A stretch of 64,000 bases of DNA from the human T2T-CHM13v2.0 reference genome, Homo sapiens. Location of the stretch: NCBI RefSeq assembly GCF_009914755.1, contig NC_060947.1; one strand, 5' to 3'. Both the position numbers and the translations under genes were made by a program. Position 1 is the stretch's first letter, and every line of letters begins with the position of its first letter. Below, one piece after another: positions 42,590 through 59,236 of the stretch. The notes beneath the pieces were generated by a model. That model made no database searches. It was not told the origin of the DNA and was given only the letters and a program-made list of their open reading frames with translations.

Positions 42590-43021
42590 TATAATAATTC
42601 TACTGTAATACTTTTACCATAGTAATGAACAATCCCGAAATGTCAATGGTTCATGAAAAATATTTATTTCCTCATCATGGAACTCTGGGTTAGCTGCAAT
42701 ATCTCTCTTCCAGGTAGTATTCAGGTTCAAGTGACTTCTCCGCCTTAAAGAACACCTCTTATCCATAATGGAGTATTCTCATGTAGATGTGAGAGCAGAA
42801 GTGGGATGACAGAAACTTACAGCGTCTCTTAAAGCTTCCCTTCAGAACTGTCTCTACTTAGAACTGGCACATTGTCACTTTTCCCCACATTCCATTAATC
42901 TATTGGCCAAAGTAAGTAACATGGTGAACCCAACATTGATGGGATGAAGAAATATTGTACTCTTATGATCAGGACAGGTAGAGAAGTAAAGATGTTCTAA
43001 ACAATAAAGCAATCTATTACA
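42590..43021 (-). mobile_element. MLT1J/K-like MaLR LTR
   Basis: GAACTGGCACATTGTCACTT..CCACATTCCATT..GGCCAAAGTAAGTAACATGG motif. Confidence 0.55.
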
Positions 43022-43442
43022 TATTTTCTGTCCAAGACACTCCTGAAAACTTAATATCCTGCTAAATTTTCAGGTGAGGGCTGGGAACCACAGACAATTG
43101 GCAGATTTGAAGAGATAACTTTTCAACAAAGAAAAATAATAAAAGGACGTTGAAAGCCGTGTGTTAGTGAGATTATGAAATGTTGAAAGTTTAAGTAATC
43201 AGCATACCATAAATGACTAAAATCTAGTTTCAGTCCAGTATCTTGATCTATTATCTCTACTCAATTTAATGTTTTCTTCAGCTTATATCAGTCGTGTATA
43301 TCTAACATACCCTAACAAATACCCCAAATATAATAGTTTTGAAGTTGAAGTTTAAATAAAAATAAGTGATACGTGTTCAGTACTTTATCATGCTTCTTCT
43401 CTGAATGACAAAATTAACACTGGAATTTATTTTCTCATACAG

Positions 43443-44018
43443 AAATGTTCGTGTCCCAGGCATCTTTCTCAGAAGAGTGTGAGTTGATAAAACATGCATA
43501 CAAAGCTGAAGCTTAGGATGCAGTTTATTGCCATTTTTATTTTTCCCTGCTTTAATTAAATCTTTCACTGATGTTGAAATTATTGGTCCTGGAATGATCC
43601 TTGACAATGTCTGGAAAAGAACACTTAAACTCATTGTTATGTAGTGCTTTTGAACTAACTATCAAGAAAAGAATAGCTATTACATGCATTGCATGTGACA
43701 ACTAAATTTTTATTTGGTAACTGCCTCACGGAGGTTAACTCAGAAGATACTAAAATGTCTAGAGTTCTTGTCTGCTGACAATTTAGCTTTTTTTTTTTTA
43801 AAAAAGAAATGAGTACTACTACATCCATCACTTCATAATATTTTTACATATATGGAAAAGAAACAATACCACACATTATCTCTATTTGTGTGTTAAATAA
43901 CTAAAGTATTAACATTTACTTTTTGTCATCATGCAGTGTGTTCGTTTTCAATAACAGATGTTTTTTGTTTATTAGTTTTGCTGGTTGGTGTTTTTGGATG
44001 TTGCTATGGCCACTCCAA
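43443..44018 (+). other. Candidate pair of small spliced exons (43443-43478 and 43958-44018) encoding a signal-peptide-like N-terminus
   Basis: Canonical AG/GT boundaries on both exons; spliced frame MFVSQASFSEEYVFCLLVLLVGVFGCCYGHS; no homologue recognised. Confidence 0.3.
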
Positions 44019-44749
44019 GTAAGCGTGCTAATTTCTCCTTTGGTAAGCTTAAAAGATATTTCCTGGCTCAGATTTAAATTCAAGACTGCGTCCATCCACC
44101 AATTCCAAGTATATCATTATTAAATAGTTCAGTAATTTTTTTCTAAATTTTACATATTGTCTCTTGAGAATGGAACATTCAAAGCTAACTTAGAGTTTGC
44201 TATTAGATTTATAGTAAAGCAAGGCAGAACGACTGTGGTTTTAAAAGATACATGGAATACCACCAAATTAAAAGTGTGAAGCTGCCAACCTCCTGCTCTC
44301 CTCTTCAAAAGCATGTGCAGCAGGATTAGATAATCTACTGTCACCTGAGCTGAGCGGTTTTCGCTAATTAAGGAGGAAGCCCCACAGTCCACAAATGCCC
44401 ATATTTGTTAGGAAAACAGGATCAGACAAGCTCCATTATATCCTCAGAATACTGTCTTCTTTGTGTTCCACTAAATTTATTTGGAACCCCAGTTTTGGAG
44501 CTCGGCATGGCCAGTTAACTTGCCTGACAAACCCACCACCAGCTCAGAATGCCTTGGCTGGTTTCCCTAACATATCTTTAGTCAAAAAGAAACTCAAGAA
44601 TGTAAAGTATAAAGTAAGGGGTTTGGGCTCAGATCCTGACATTTCTGCTTTACATATCCCTTTTTAGCAAACAAGTTGGGGCATGGCTCACAGCTGTAGA
44701 TTCCAAATGTCTGCCTCGAACGGCTGTTTAATATATGGGGTATAGAAAA

Positions 44750-44950
44750 CAGATTCTAACTTTGACTCTTCACTCTGCCAATGTGTGATCTCAATCATAT
44801 TACTTATCTGTGCCTCAGAGTCCATGTTAATAGAAGCAGTGTATTAATAGTATTCACTTTTTAGAAGTGTGATGAGGATTCAATGAAATAATATATAGAG
44901 AAAACACTTTGCACAGTGTTTGAGCCATAGTAGGCGGTCAATAAATGATA
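44750..44950 (+). mobile_element. MIR SINE
   Basis: TCTGTGCCTCAG...GATGAGGATTCAATGAAATAAT...CATAGTAGGCGGTCAATAAATG. Confidence 0.6.
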
Positions 44951-45199
44951 ACTTCAATTTTTAAGTGAAATTATAACCTACCCAGGAAGAAAAAACAAAA
45001 CACTATAAAAAACAAAAATGTTTGTCTCGAAGCCATATATTTCTCTTAATGAGAATCAAGTTGGTCTGGGTAAATGGAGACAAACTTAATAAACAATATT
45101 CTTTGTTGTCCATCTTTTCTCCTTTTAGTGTTCTGTGCATGACAACATGAGTGAGATATTTGGAAGTAGTTGCAGCTTTTAGGTACTTCTGAGAAACAG

Positions 45200-45519
45200 T
45201 GGAAGGACTATTGCAATACTAATAGTGAATGGGTAACTTTAAATATTTAAAAAATATTTTTAAATAGCCACATTAAAAAAATAAAAAGAAATGGGTGAAG
45301 TTAATTTCAATAATATATTTTATTCAAGATAATATATCCAAAATATTATGCTTTCAACATGTCACGTGTAAAAATGGTTAGTAAAATATTTTTACATTTT
45401 TGCCTTCTTTGAAATAGAATATGTATTTTCCACTTGTAGCACATGTAAATTCTGACCAGCCACATTGTAAGTGCTCAATAGCCACATATGGCTAATTGTT
45501 CCCATATTGGACAGTGCAG
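45200..45519 (-). mobile_element. MER33 (hAT-Charlie)
   Basis: AGCCACATTGTAAGTGCTCAATAGCCACATATGGCTA...TATTGGACAGTGCAG end. Confidence 0.75.
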
Positions 45520-46921
45520 GAATGGAAGATGAGATGAGATAAGATGAGATAAGATGAGAAAGAAGAGTTGGGGTAGGAAATGGGATTAGAGGCTATGCAG
45601 TGGTATTCATGTAAATTTTGTGACTAAATATTTTCAGGCTGAATGGTATCAGAGAATCATTTTCAAGGCTGCTATAAGCCACGTTAACCTGTAGTATATC
45701 TTCTAAGAAAATTTGACCCTCTTACTAAGACATTGATATTAGGCAGTGTAGGGGATGTCTTTTGTTGCCTACTTATTAAAATTGTAAGGGGTATAACAGC
45801 TCTACACTGCTCATTTTTACCATGAAGGGTCTAATAAAAAGAGAAGACAGTACCTTTTACATGGTTTATTAAAACTTCATTGTAACCTCTTCTAGCCTTA
45901 TCTTAGCATTTTATTCGAAACGTACCACTAAGGATGGCTCTGTAACTGAGTCTCTGTGCACTGTGCTGCATATAGGAATATTGATCAGCTTTATCTTTGT
46001 CTCTTAAGAATTTCACATTTTATTGTACTAATGCTTCTTACAGTAACTATTGTATTAAGTCAGAACTTTAACATTATGATTCATAAATAGCATAAAACTT
46101 GGTTCCCATAAATCATGGCACTAAATTGGAAATTTAAAGTTAAGATTTATAAACTAATACACTAAATCACAACTTTAAAATTTAGGATTCATTAATAAGA
46201 ACTTTTATATGCATGATGTATAAATCAAAGTACTGTACCTGATTCTTGGAAGTTAATGGATGTAAATCAGAATTCTGAAAGTTAATATTAATAAATCAAG
46301 GAAATGCATTTTACATGGTAAATTTCTTTTTTAATGGAATAGTTCCTATATTAAATAATGGACACTATCTTATGAAAAATATGAACCTCAAAACTTCCTG
46401 TGATAGCCATTTCCAGAACATCTTTTTAGTTTTATTTAAGCCAATTTCTCTTATGTGAGCATGGAAATATCAGATATACATCTTCTTCGTATAATCTCTC
46501 TTATTCTTGAAACAGCAATTAAGTTACACTACAGGTTTTCCATTTCTAGGCTAAAAATACCCACAAAACTTAGCTTCCTTCCATAGGATTTATTTTCTGC
46601 ACTTTTGAACATTTTTAACAAGTGTCTATGGTCCTTTTGAAGGTGATGCAAGCAAACCTGGACAAAGTGCTCTTACTCGGGTCCTATTAACTCAGAGTGT
46701 GGTGGATGAATTACTTCTGAACCCTCATATGTCATACCTGTTTGTAATAGTCCATTTATATCTCCGACAAAACAACAGGAGCAGTTTGAGTTTCCCATTG
46801 TAATGCGTTACTACTTAGGCAGGAGAATTGCTTCATTCTCTTCATGCTTAGATTTTCTGGGCTCCTAAGTGACCTACAGCAAACTGGATTCTGCCTTTTC
46901 TGCTCCATTTAAACTGCTCTT

Positions 46922-47225
46922 GGCCGGGCATGTGGCTCACTCCTGTAATCCCAGCACTTTGGGAGGCCAAGGCGGGTGGATCACTTGAGGTCAGGAGTTC
47001 AAGATCAGCCTGGCCAACACGATAAAACCTCGTCCCTACTAAAAATACAAAAATTAGCCAAGCATTGTGGCAGGCACCTGTAATCCCAGCTACTCGGGAG
47101 GCTGAGGTAGGAGAATCACTTGAACCCAGGAAGTGGAGGTTGCAGTGAGACCGTGCCACTGCACTCCAGCCTGGGTGACAGAGTGAGACTCTGAAACAAA
47201 ACAAAACAAAACAAAAACCACAAAA
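46922..47225 (+). mobile_element. AluS (Sx/Sz) with a (CAAAA)n tail
   Basis: Full dimer; TSD AAACTGCTCTT. Confidence 0.9.
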
Positions 47226-47235
47226 AACTGCTCTT

Positions 47236-48400
47236 AATTCAGTTACCAAAGACCTTCATGACACCAATGGCCAAAAACCCCATTGAATCCTTATCTTATG
47301 TGAATATTCATCAACAGTTGGTACAGTTGTTCCCTCTTTCATCAGTATCTGTGACACCTCTTGATTTTTCTCCTACCTCTCCAGCAGCTCCTTCTAGTTT
47401 CTTTTGTGGAACTTCCTATTCTAACATCTCTTAACTTAAATGTTAGTGTTTCACATGGTTCTCTACTTAAGCATCTTATTTTCTCACCATGTCTTCTCAT
47501 TTTTGCCTACAGAGTCTACATGTAAGTGTTGATCATTTACAGAGCTCTTTTCTGAGATCTAGAAATATTTAGTAGGTATTTCTTCCTTGAGGTACTACTG
47601 GCACCTCTGAATCAACATACTCAAATGGTAAACCTTCTTTCTTTTGCTAAAGCGACTTTTCTTTTTCAAACTCACTCCAAACCCCATATCTAATCAGCCA
47701 AGACTTTTCCTCACATTTCTTCCATCCATTGCATTCCTGCAGCCATAGTTTTAGTTCAAATCCCTATTAATTCATCCTTGAGCTGTTCTCATCATTTCCT
47801 AACTGCTCCTCAGCCTTGCAGAATGGAAATTTGATTATATAACTTCCTTATTTGGACTTTTCATTTCCATTCCCCACTCCTTAAATAGATGGTCCTTAAA
47901 GACTCATCGGCTTCTATCTTCTCAAACTTTATCTCTGTCTCCCAGCATACTCTATACTTTAAATGAATGGTTCTGAACCTGGGAATTTGGCCCCACAGGG
48001 AATATTGGCAATGTCTGAGGACATTTTGTGTTGTCCCAACTGGTGGTGGTAGTGCTAATGGTATCTAGTGGGTGGAGGCCAGGGATGTTGCTAAACAATC
48101 AACAATGAATACAACAGCCTCCCACAACAAAGAACTATCCAGTCTCAAATATCAGTAGTGCAGAGGTCCAGAAACCCTGCTACAGACAAATGAAGTATGC
48201 ATATTTTACCAAGAGAACGGAACTGCTGTGTGGATCTGAAACTTTGAATACATTTATAAGTACCATGTCCTTTGCCTGAAATATCCTTTCCTCATGTACA
48301 CTCACCTTCATCCTGCAAGCCTCAGTTCAATGTATCCTCCTCTGTAAAGGGGTTTACTCATCCTCCCAAACATTGGTGACCTATCTTCATGGTTTTATGG
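47236..48400 (+). mobile_element. L2 LINE fragments interrupted by MER20
   Basis: Pyrimidine-rich L2 motifs (TTCTCCTACCTCT; TTGCCTGAAATATCCTTTCC; AAGCCTCAGTTCAA). Confidence 0.5.
47966..48179 (+). mobile_element. MER20 (hAT-Charlie)
   Basis: TGGTTCTGAACC...TTGGCAATGTCTG...ATCTAGTGGGTGGAGGCCAGGGATGTTGCTAAACA...GAAACCCTG. Confidence 0.8.
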
Positions 48401-50133
48401 AAACAATAGGCATGTGATTCAGAGTCAGAATGACATTGGTTTGAAATATGACTCCACCTTACAACTGGTGTGTACTTGAGCAAAGTAAACTTTTTGAGCC
48501 CCAATTTCTTCTTCTGAGATTTGTGAGTACAAAATACCAAGCCAACAAGTTTATCATTAGGATCTAATCAGATATTGATGCAAGGGAAATCTGGCTTCAC
48601 ATTTATTACTCCACTGACCGCTAATATTAACTTGGCTGTTTTTGCAGGTTATCACTTACATAGTATGTGAAAAGGATGGATCTTCTCACATAAAGAATGC
48701 ATATTATTCAGTAAAAGGAATACAAATGATTAGGCTCCCCAACTAGAGCTTCCTAAGATGCTTTCAAGGTTGATTTGCAGGTGAATTTAAAACAAGAAAA
48801 CTAACTGTAAAATGTGTCTAATATCTGTCATGAGCTACACTTGGATAATTGGGTTGTTCCAGCTAGGAAACTGTATTACACCTGATGCATCTATTAATAC
48901 TTTTGGAAATATGTTAGCTTATGCAGATTATATAATGAAACTAGAATTTGCAGTTTAGTTGGGAACATAGGACTAGAATTCTAAAATAAGCAGAAACAGA
49001 ACACTATAGCTTATAATCAACTAGTACAATTTTGGTACAGAAAAGTGCTATATACTTTTCTATACACAATTTTTAAGTAGTGAAAAGGTAGTACTTATGA
49101 CTAATATATGAAATGGAAGCTAGCTTATCCATCATTGTGTTTGTGCATGCATGTGTATTTCCACTTTCTCTCTTCTTTCCACTCCAACAAAACTTTTTTT
49201 CGATCAGGTGATTTTGTAGCACGGAAATGCAATATGAGCACTCTAGACCACTTATTTAACAGGGTCACAAATATCAAATAATCAGAGTGATGTAAAACTA
49301 TAAGGAAAACATGTACAAATGTATTTGAAATAACTTTCAATTTAATCATGATTATTCCACTGAAGCTTCTACAACAAATGTTTACTTGAGAATTTTTTGA
49401 AGCTGCTTTTTTTTTTAAACTTGTGATAAATTCAGCATTACAGTAAGCAGAGCCATTCTGTCTGCAGTAATGTTCTTGCATCATCTAAGCTATTCCCAGA
49501 GGAAATAATGGATAAAGGAAAACCAAGTAAAAAATAACTTTTATCAGATCTACTGTAAAAGCCTTTTCTGACATCAAGGGCATATGCAGATTTTCTTGAT
49601 AGCCTGACTCCATGTGATTTAGTTTACTAATTATCTTACTTCCCATCACCTATTTACTCTAAGTAACTTGACATCTGAATATATACTTGCATGCATAAAA
49701 CTATATATATTATGAGAAAATATAGCATTGATACCACTTTGAGCATATCCTAAAGCATGCCTTAAGTTTAATAACATATATTTGTGATTCTAAGAGAATC
49801 ATGTGTTATACAATTTGAAACAGGATTAGTTCTCCTATTTAGCTACTTTTTATTATCGATTAATTTAAGTGATAAAACTTTGAAACATTTATAACATTAC
49901 TGGGTGAAACTGTCTACAATTATCTGATTTCTGACATTAAATGTCATTTCTTATTACCAAATGACAAAAAATTAAAATACTCTTTCTCCTTGAGATTTAT
50001 GTCACTTATAGTCCAGAAAGAATCTCAAAATATAAAGTGACAAAATATATAACTTATGGCATGTAGTCCAGAAAGAATCTCAAAATATAAAGCAATGTCC
50101 TTCAATATAAGTTTATAAAAAACCTGTATGCCA

Positions 50134-50489
<356 letters not shown>

Positions 50490-53400
50490 TTAAAACCTAT
50501 GAGAAAAAAAATACAACAGACAAATAACTATTACTACTAGTTTAATACATAAAACTTCTCACAAATGAAAATGGAAAAATTACACTAATAGAAATATTAT
50601 AAGGAAATGTGTATAGGTTATTTTAAAATAAGTGAAATACAGATGGCCTAGAATATAGAAATGGACAAGGTTACCTGTTATCAAATACATTGAAATTGAA
50701 GAGCAAGATTATTAATTTACCTGCCATATGGTTCATTTTCTAATGCAATGTTGCTACTCAGTATTTTCTGGCATATGAATAAAAGGAAATTATTTTATAT
50801 GTTTCTAGTAAGCATATAAATTAGTATAACTTTCTAGGGAGAAATTTGTCTTCCAAATAGCAGTATCTTTTGACATAGAACGTTCCTGGAAATTTATCCA
50901 GAGGAAATAACATAGCCATAATATATATTCATTGCAGCATGGTTTACGATCTACAAACAATCAGAAATAACCAAAATATACAAGAAAAGGGCATGATTTG
51001 AATAAGTTATATTATACTCATGAGAAGGACTATGTAGCCGTGAAAAAGATATTCTAGAAACATATTTACTGCCATAAGATTTCATAACTTATGATTATCT
51101 GAAAAAACATAGCTTCCAAAAATGCATATCATGATTCTATGATAGAATCTTTTAGTCATAATAATTGCTTAAATTTACATAGGTAATAAAATTCTATTAT
51201 AATGTGTGCCCAGCAAAGTGAGGAGCCACTGTGAACCCTTGTGAACAGCTTTCCATTCAGGACTCATGGAAAACCATGACTATAGCCCTTCACGACTCAG
51301 AACAGGAAAGCAGCTTTAAGGAATCAGTTATCACATCATCCCCCAAGAAATAGGCTCCTATTGTCCTCTTATGATTCTGCCTTTCTCACCTTCTGTCTCT
51401 TTTCCTCATTATATAATTTATTTATTATTTGTTTCTTCTTCTATGCCCTCTACCTCTACTATTATTACTGCTTCTCTTTCTGTGTGTTTGACTGTGTTTA
51501 CTTGTGATTCTCAAAAAATAATCCCTGAGAGAGAATCCCATTGAGTCTGGTAGTTAGATCCAATATGGCATGCCCAAACTGGACAGAGTTCTTAATGGTA
51601 GGTTACCTCTTTAACTCCTGATCTAGCCTCTATCTGGTTATCTTTGGTTTCAGCATTAATTCATGATCAAATCTGTGTTATCTGGGACAGTAGAGTCACA
51701 CGACACAAAGCAAGAAGCAGCCACCCTTTCTTGCTTTTCTCAAAAGGGAGTTCTAGAAATGTAGAGGACACTAAGAGTTGCCTTTCTGTGGTGAAATTAT
51801 AGAAGTTATAATATAGAATCTATAGCACAGATCTTTTTTTCTTATTAATGGTTCATTTCAATGACCATTATCAGTATCTGCCTATAAAGAAAAAATTAGT
51901 GAGTATAAGTTTTGCTTTTCATTTCAAATCACTTGGTCTAGTCTCCTGCCTACAAGGTATTCTATCCCTGCCAGTGACAACTTGTAAACATACGTGTCTT
52001 CAAAAGCATTCATTCTATCTCATCCATCATTCTGTTGACTATTCTTGCTTCACTTTCCATTTTGATTCCTGTAAGAACCTTGTAATTGATGTTTAGTAAT
52101 GTCAGAGGCTTCTAAACCCTAAAACATCCCCTTCATCCATTTACATCATGTTTTATTTCACCTTTCTCTAAAAAAGTATTGGGATATGGCGGCTAAGTAA
52201 TTACTTAGATTGTATGCAGATTCTTGTAGTACTCAGTTTTGAGGTCATCGGACCCAGGAATACTTTGCCTTTTCAAAATTTAGTGGTTCTTTTCTATCTT
52301 AAATTGTTTCTTCATTTTCAGAACCTTGGTTTTTTCCCACTTGCTTATTTCCTGACTTCAGAAATAATCCTCTAAAAATTTGCTTATCTATAGGGATATT
52401 ATTCAATGTCCTACTTGGTGTCACCCCAGTCTATGTATTTCCACTTCGTAAGCCTGCTGTTATGATCCATTTTCTTCCTGCTCTAGCACACAATGAGTAG
52501 TGGTGGGTTTTCCTCCCCCTTATTTGACCTTTTTATTCTATCATGAATTTGATCCTGCTCCTTATAGACTTTCCATAATTCAAGTCATGTTTATTAGTAT
52601 CTACTCTGTGGAAGATGCTGTACTGCTCACTCTGAGGCCAGCCCTTGCCCTTTAGTGAAGAAAAGGAATGAATGTATGTAATTTTAACAGGGGGAGGAAG
52701 AAAAAGAAGAGGACAGATAGCTAAAGACTGTACAAGAAATGTCAGGAGAAAGTGGGAGAATTAGTGAAGGGAAGAGGAATCTGAAGAGTACCGAAAACAC
52801 TGATAAGGGCTATTATAATTTTTGTTCGTATCTCATATGCATAACATGGAAGGTATTAAAGAAATTATTTTGAATTGAAATTTGTTGAACCTATTATATT
52901 GAAAAATATAATAGGATATCAGTGTGGGGAAGGGGTGCAGAAAATCATTCAAGATGGAATGAGTCACAGTCAAATGCAGCAGAATGAAGACTAAGTAAGG
53001 AAAACTTTTAAGAGAAACCATTAAGAACCTTCAGGAATGCATAGAAGGCAGAAATACAAATGCCATATGTTGCAAGTAGAATGTGGCAAAGATTATTACC
53101 CAAGCATCTGAGCATTTTGGTAGTGAAAGAAGACAGGAAATTATAGAAGAGAAGGTAGATAAATGGCATAAGAATCAGTCAGAGTAAAACTAGAAATAGA
53201 AGGATGATCAGCACTTCTCAGAACAGTGTTGGGCAGCTCAAAGTATAAGGTGATATTTTTGACAAAACGTTAAAAAAAATTTGTGTAGGCAATATTCAAA
53301 ATATGAAGACACACAATAAATAGAAAATAGCAAAAAGAGGAGACTATTGCAAGAACATTCAATTTATATCAAAAATAAAAATTAAAAATCTCTTCATGGG

Positions 53401-54349
53401 AAATAGCAATCTTTTAAACATATGGTGTTGATAACACTGGATATCCACATGCAAAAAAATGAAATTGGATCTTATACAAGATAAAAAAATTAACTCAAAA
53501 TGTATCAAATACCTAAATGTAAGAGTTAAAATGATAAAATTTTGAGAAGAAAGCATGGGGGAAATCTTCATAACATTGTCATTGGCAGTGATTTCTTTGG
53601 TGTGACACCAAAAGCATAGGCAACAAAAGAAAAAATAAATTGGACTACATCAAAAGTAAAAACTTCTGTTCATCAAAGGACATAATCAACAGAGTGAAAA
53701 GGCAACCCAGGGAATGCGAGAACATATTTGCAGAAAATATATCTGACAAAGAATATCCAGAATATATGAAGAAATTCTATAACTCAACAACACCAAAACA
53801 AATAACCCAATTAAAAATAGGCAAAAGACTTAGACATTTATCCAAAGAAGGTATACAAACAGCCAAAAAGCATATGAAAATATGCTCAACATCACTAACC
53901 TTTAGGGAAATACAACTAAAAACAACATTGAAATATCCCCGGACACTCATGAAAATGGCTACTTCTTAAAAAAAAGCAATGTCAATGAGGAGGTAGAAAA
54001 ATTAGAACCCTTCTGCAGTACTGGTGGGAAAGTTATGGAAAATAGTATGACAATTCCTCCAAATACTAAAAATAAAATTAGACCATACTATCCAGAAATT
54101 CCATTTCTTTTTTTTCTTTTTTTTTCTTTCTTTTATTATACTTTAAGTTTTAGGGTACATGTGCACAACGTGCAGGTTTGTTACATATGTATACATGTGC
54201 CATGTTGGTGTGCTGCACCCATTGACTCGTCATTTAACATTAGGTATATCTCCTAATGCTATCCCTTCCCCCTCCCCCCACCCCACAACAGGCCCCAGTG
54301 TGTGATGTTCCCCTTCCTATGTCCATGTGTTCTCATTGTTCAGTTCCCA

Positions 54350-58157
<3,808 letters not shown>

Positions 58158-58220
58158 TATGATGTTAGCCGGTTATTTTGCTCGTTAGTTGCTGCCGTTT
58201 CTTCCTAGCCTCAATGGTGT

Positions 58221-59236
58221 TTACAATTTGGCATGTTTTTGCAGTGGCTGGTACTGGTTCTTCCTTTCCATGTTTGGTGCTTCCTTCAGGACCTCTTTTA
58301 GGGCAGGCCTGGTGGTGACAAAATCTCTCAGCATTTGCTTGTCTGTAAAGTATTTTATTTCTCCTTCACTGATGAAGCTTAGTTTGGCTGGATATGAAAT
58401 TCTGGGTTGAAAATTCTTTTCTTTAAGAATGTTGAATATTGGCCCCCACTCTCTTCTGGCTTGTAGAGTTTCTGCCGAGAAATCAGCTGTTAGTCGATGG
58501 GCTTCCCTTTGTGGGTAACCCGACCTTTCTCTCTGGCTGCCCTTAGCATTTTTTCCTTCATTTCAACTTTGGTGAATCTGACAATTATGTGTCTTGGAGT
58601 TGCTCTTCTCGAGGAATATCTTTGTGGCGTTCCCTCTATTTCCTTAATTTGAATATTGGCCTGCCTTGCTGGATTGGGGAAGTTCTCCTGGATAATATCC
58701 TGCAGAGTGTTTTCCAACTTGGTTCCTTTCTCCCCGTCACTTTCAGGTACACCAATCAGACGTAGATTTGGTCTTTTCACATAGTGCCATATTTTTTGGA
58801 GGCTTTGTTCATTTCTTTTTACTCTTTTTTCTCTAAACTTCTCTTCTTGCTTCATTTCATTCATTTGATCTTCAATCACTGATACCCTTTCTTCCAGTTA
58901 ATCAAATCTGCTACTGAAGCTTGTGCATGTATCATGTGGTTCTTGTGCCATGGTTATCAGCTCCATCAGGTCATTTAAGGTCTTCTCTACACTGTTTATT
59001 CTAATTAGCCATTAGTCTAATCTTTTTTCAAGGTTTTTAACTTCTTTGCTATGGGTTCGAACTTCCTCCTTTAGCTCAGAGTAGTTTGATCGTCTGAAGG
59101 CTTCTTCTCTCAACTTGTCAAAGTCATTCTCTGTCCAGCTTTGTTCCATTGCTGGTGAGGAGCTGCGTTCCTTTGGAGGAGGAGAGGCGCTCTGATTTTT
59201 AAAGTTTCCAGTTTTTCTCTTCTGTTTTTTCCCCAT
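58221..59236 (-). pseudogene. L1 ORF1p, disrupted
   Basis: MGKKQKRKTGN start; split into 74-aa and 129-aa pieces by stops and frameshifts. Confidence 0.88.

Noticed and set aside
43524-43612. Minus-strand terminal exon (TTCTTTTCCAG acceptor, stop, AATAAA)
   Set aside because: No partner exon found, and such signals are common in AT-rich DNA
44668-48790. Possible third exons for the candidate gene (acceptors near 44667, 45128, 45637, 45895, 48647)
   Set aside because: In the required phase, most hit a stop quickly or lack a good donor
50009-50092. CRISPR-like repeat-spacer-repeat
   Set aside because: Only two repeats, primate DNA, no cas genes, and the spacer derives from local sequence
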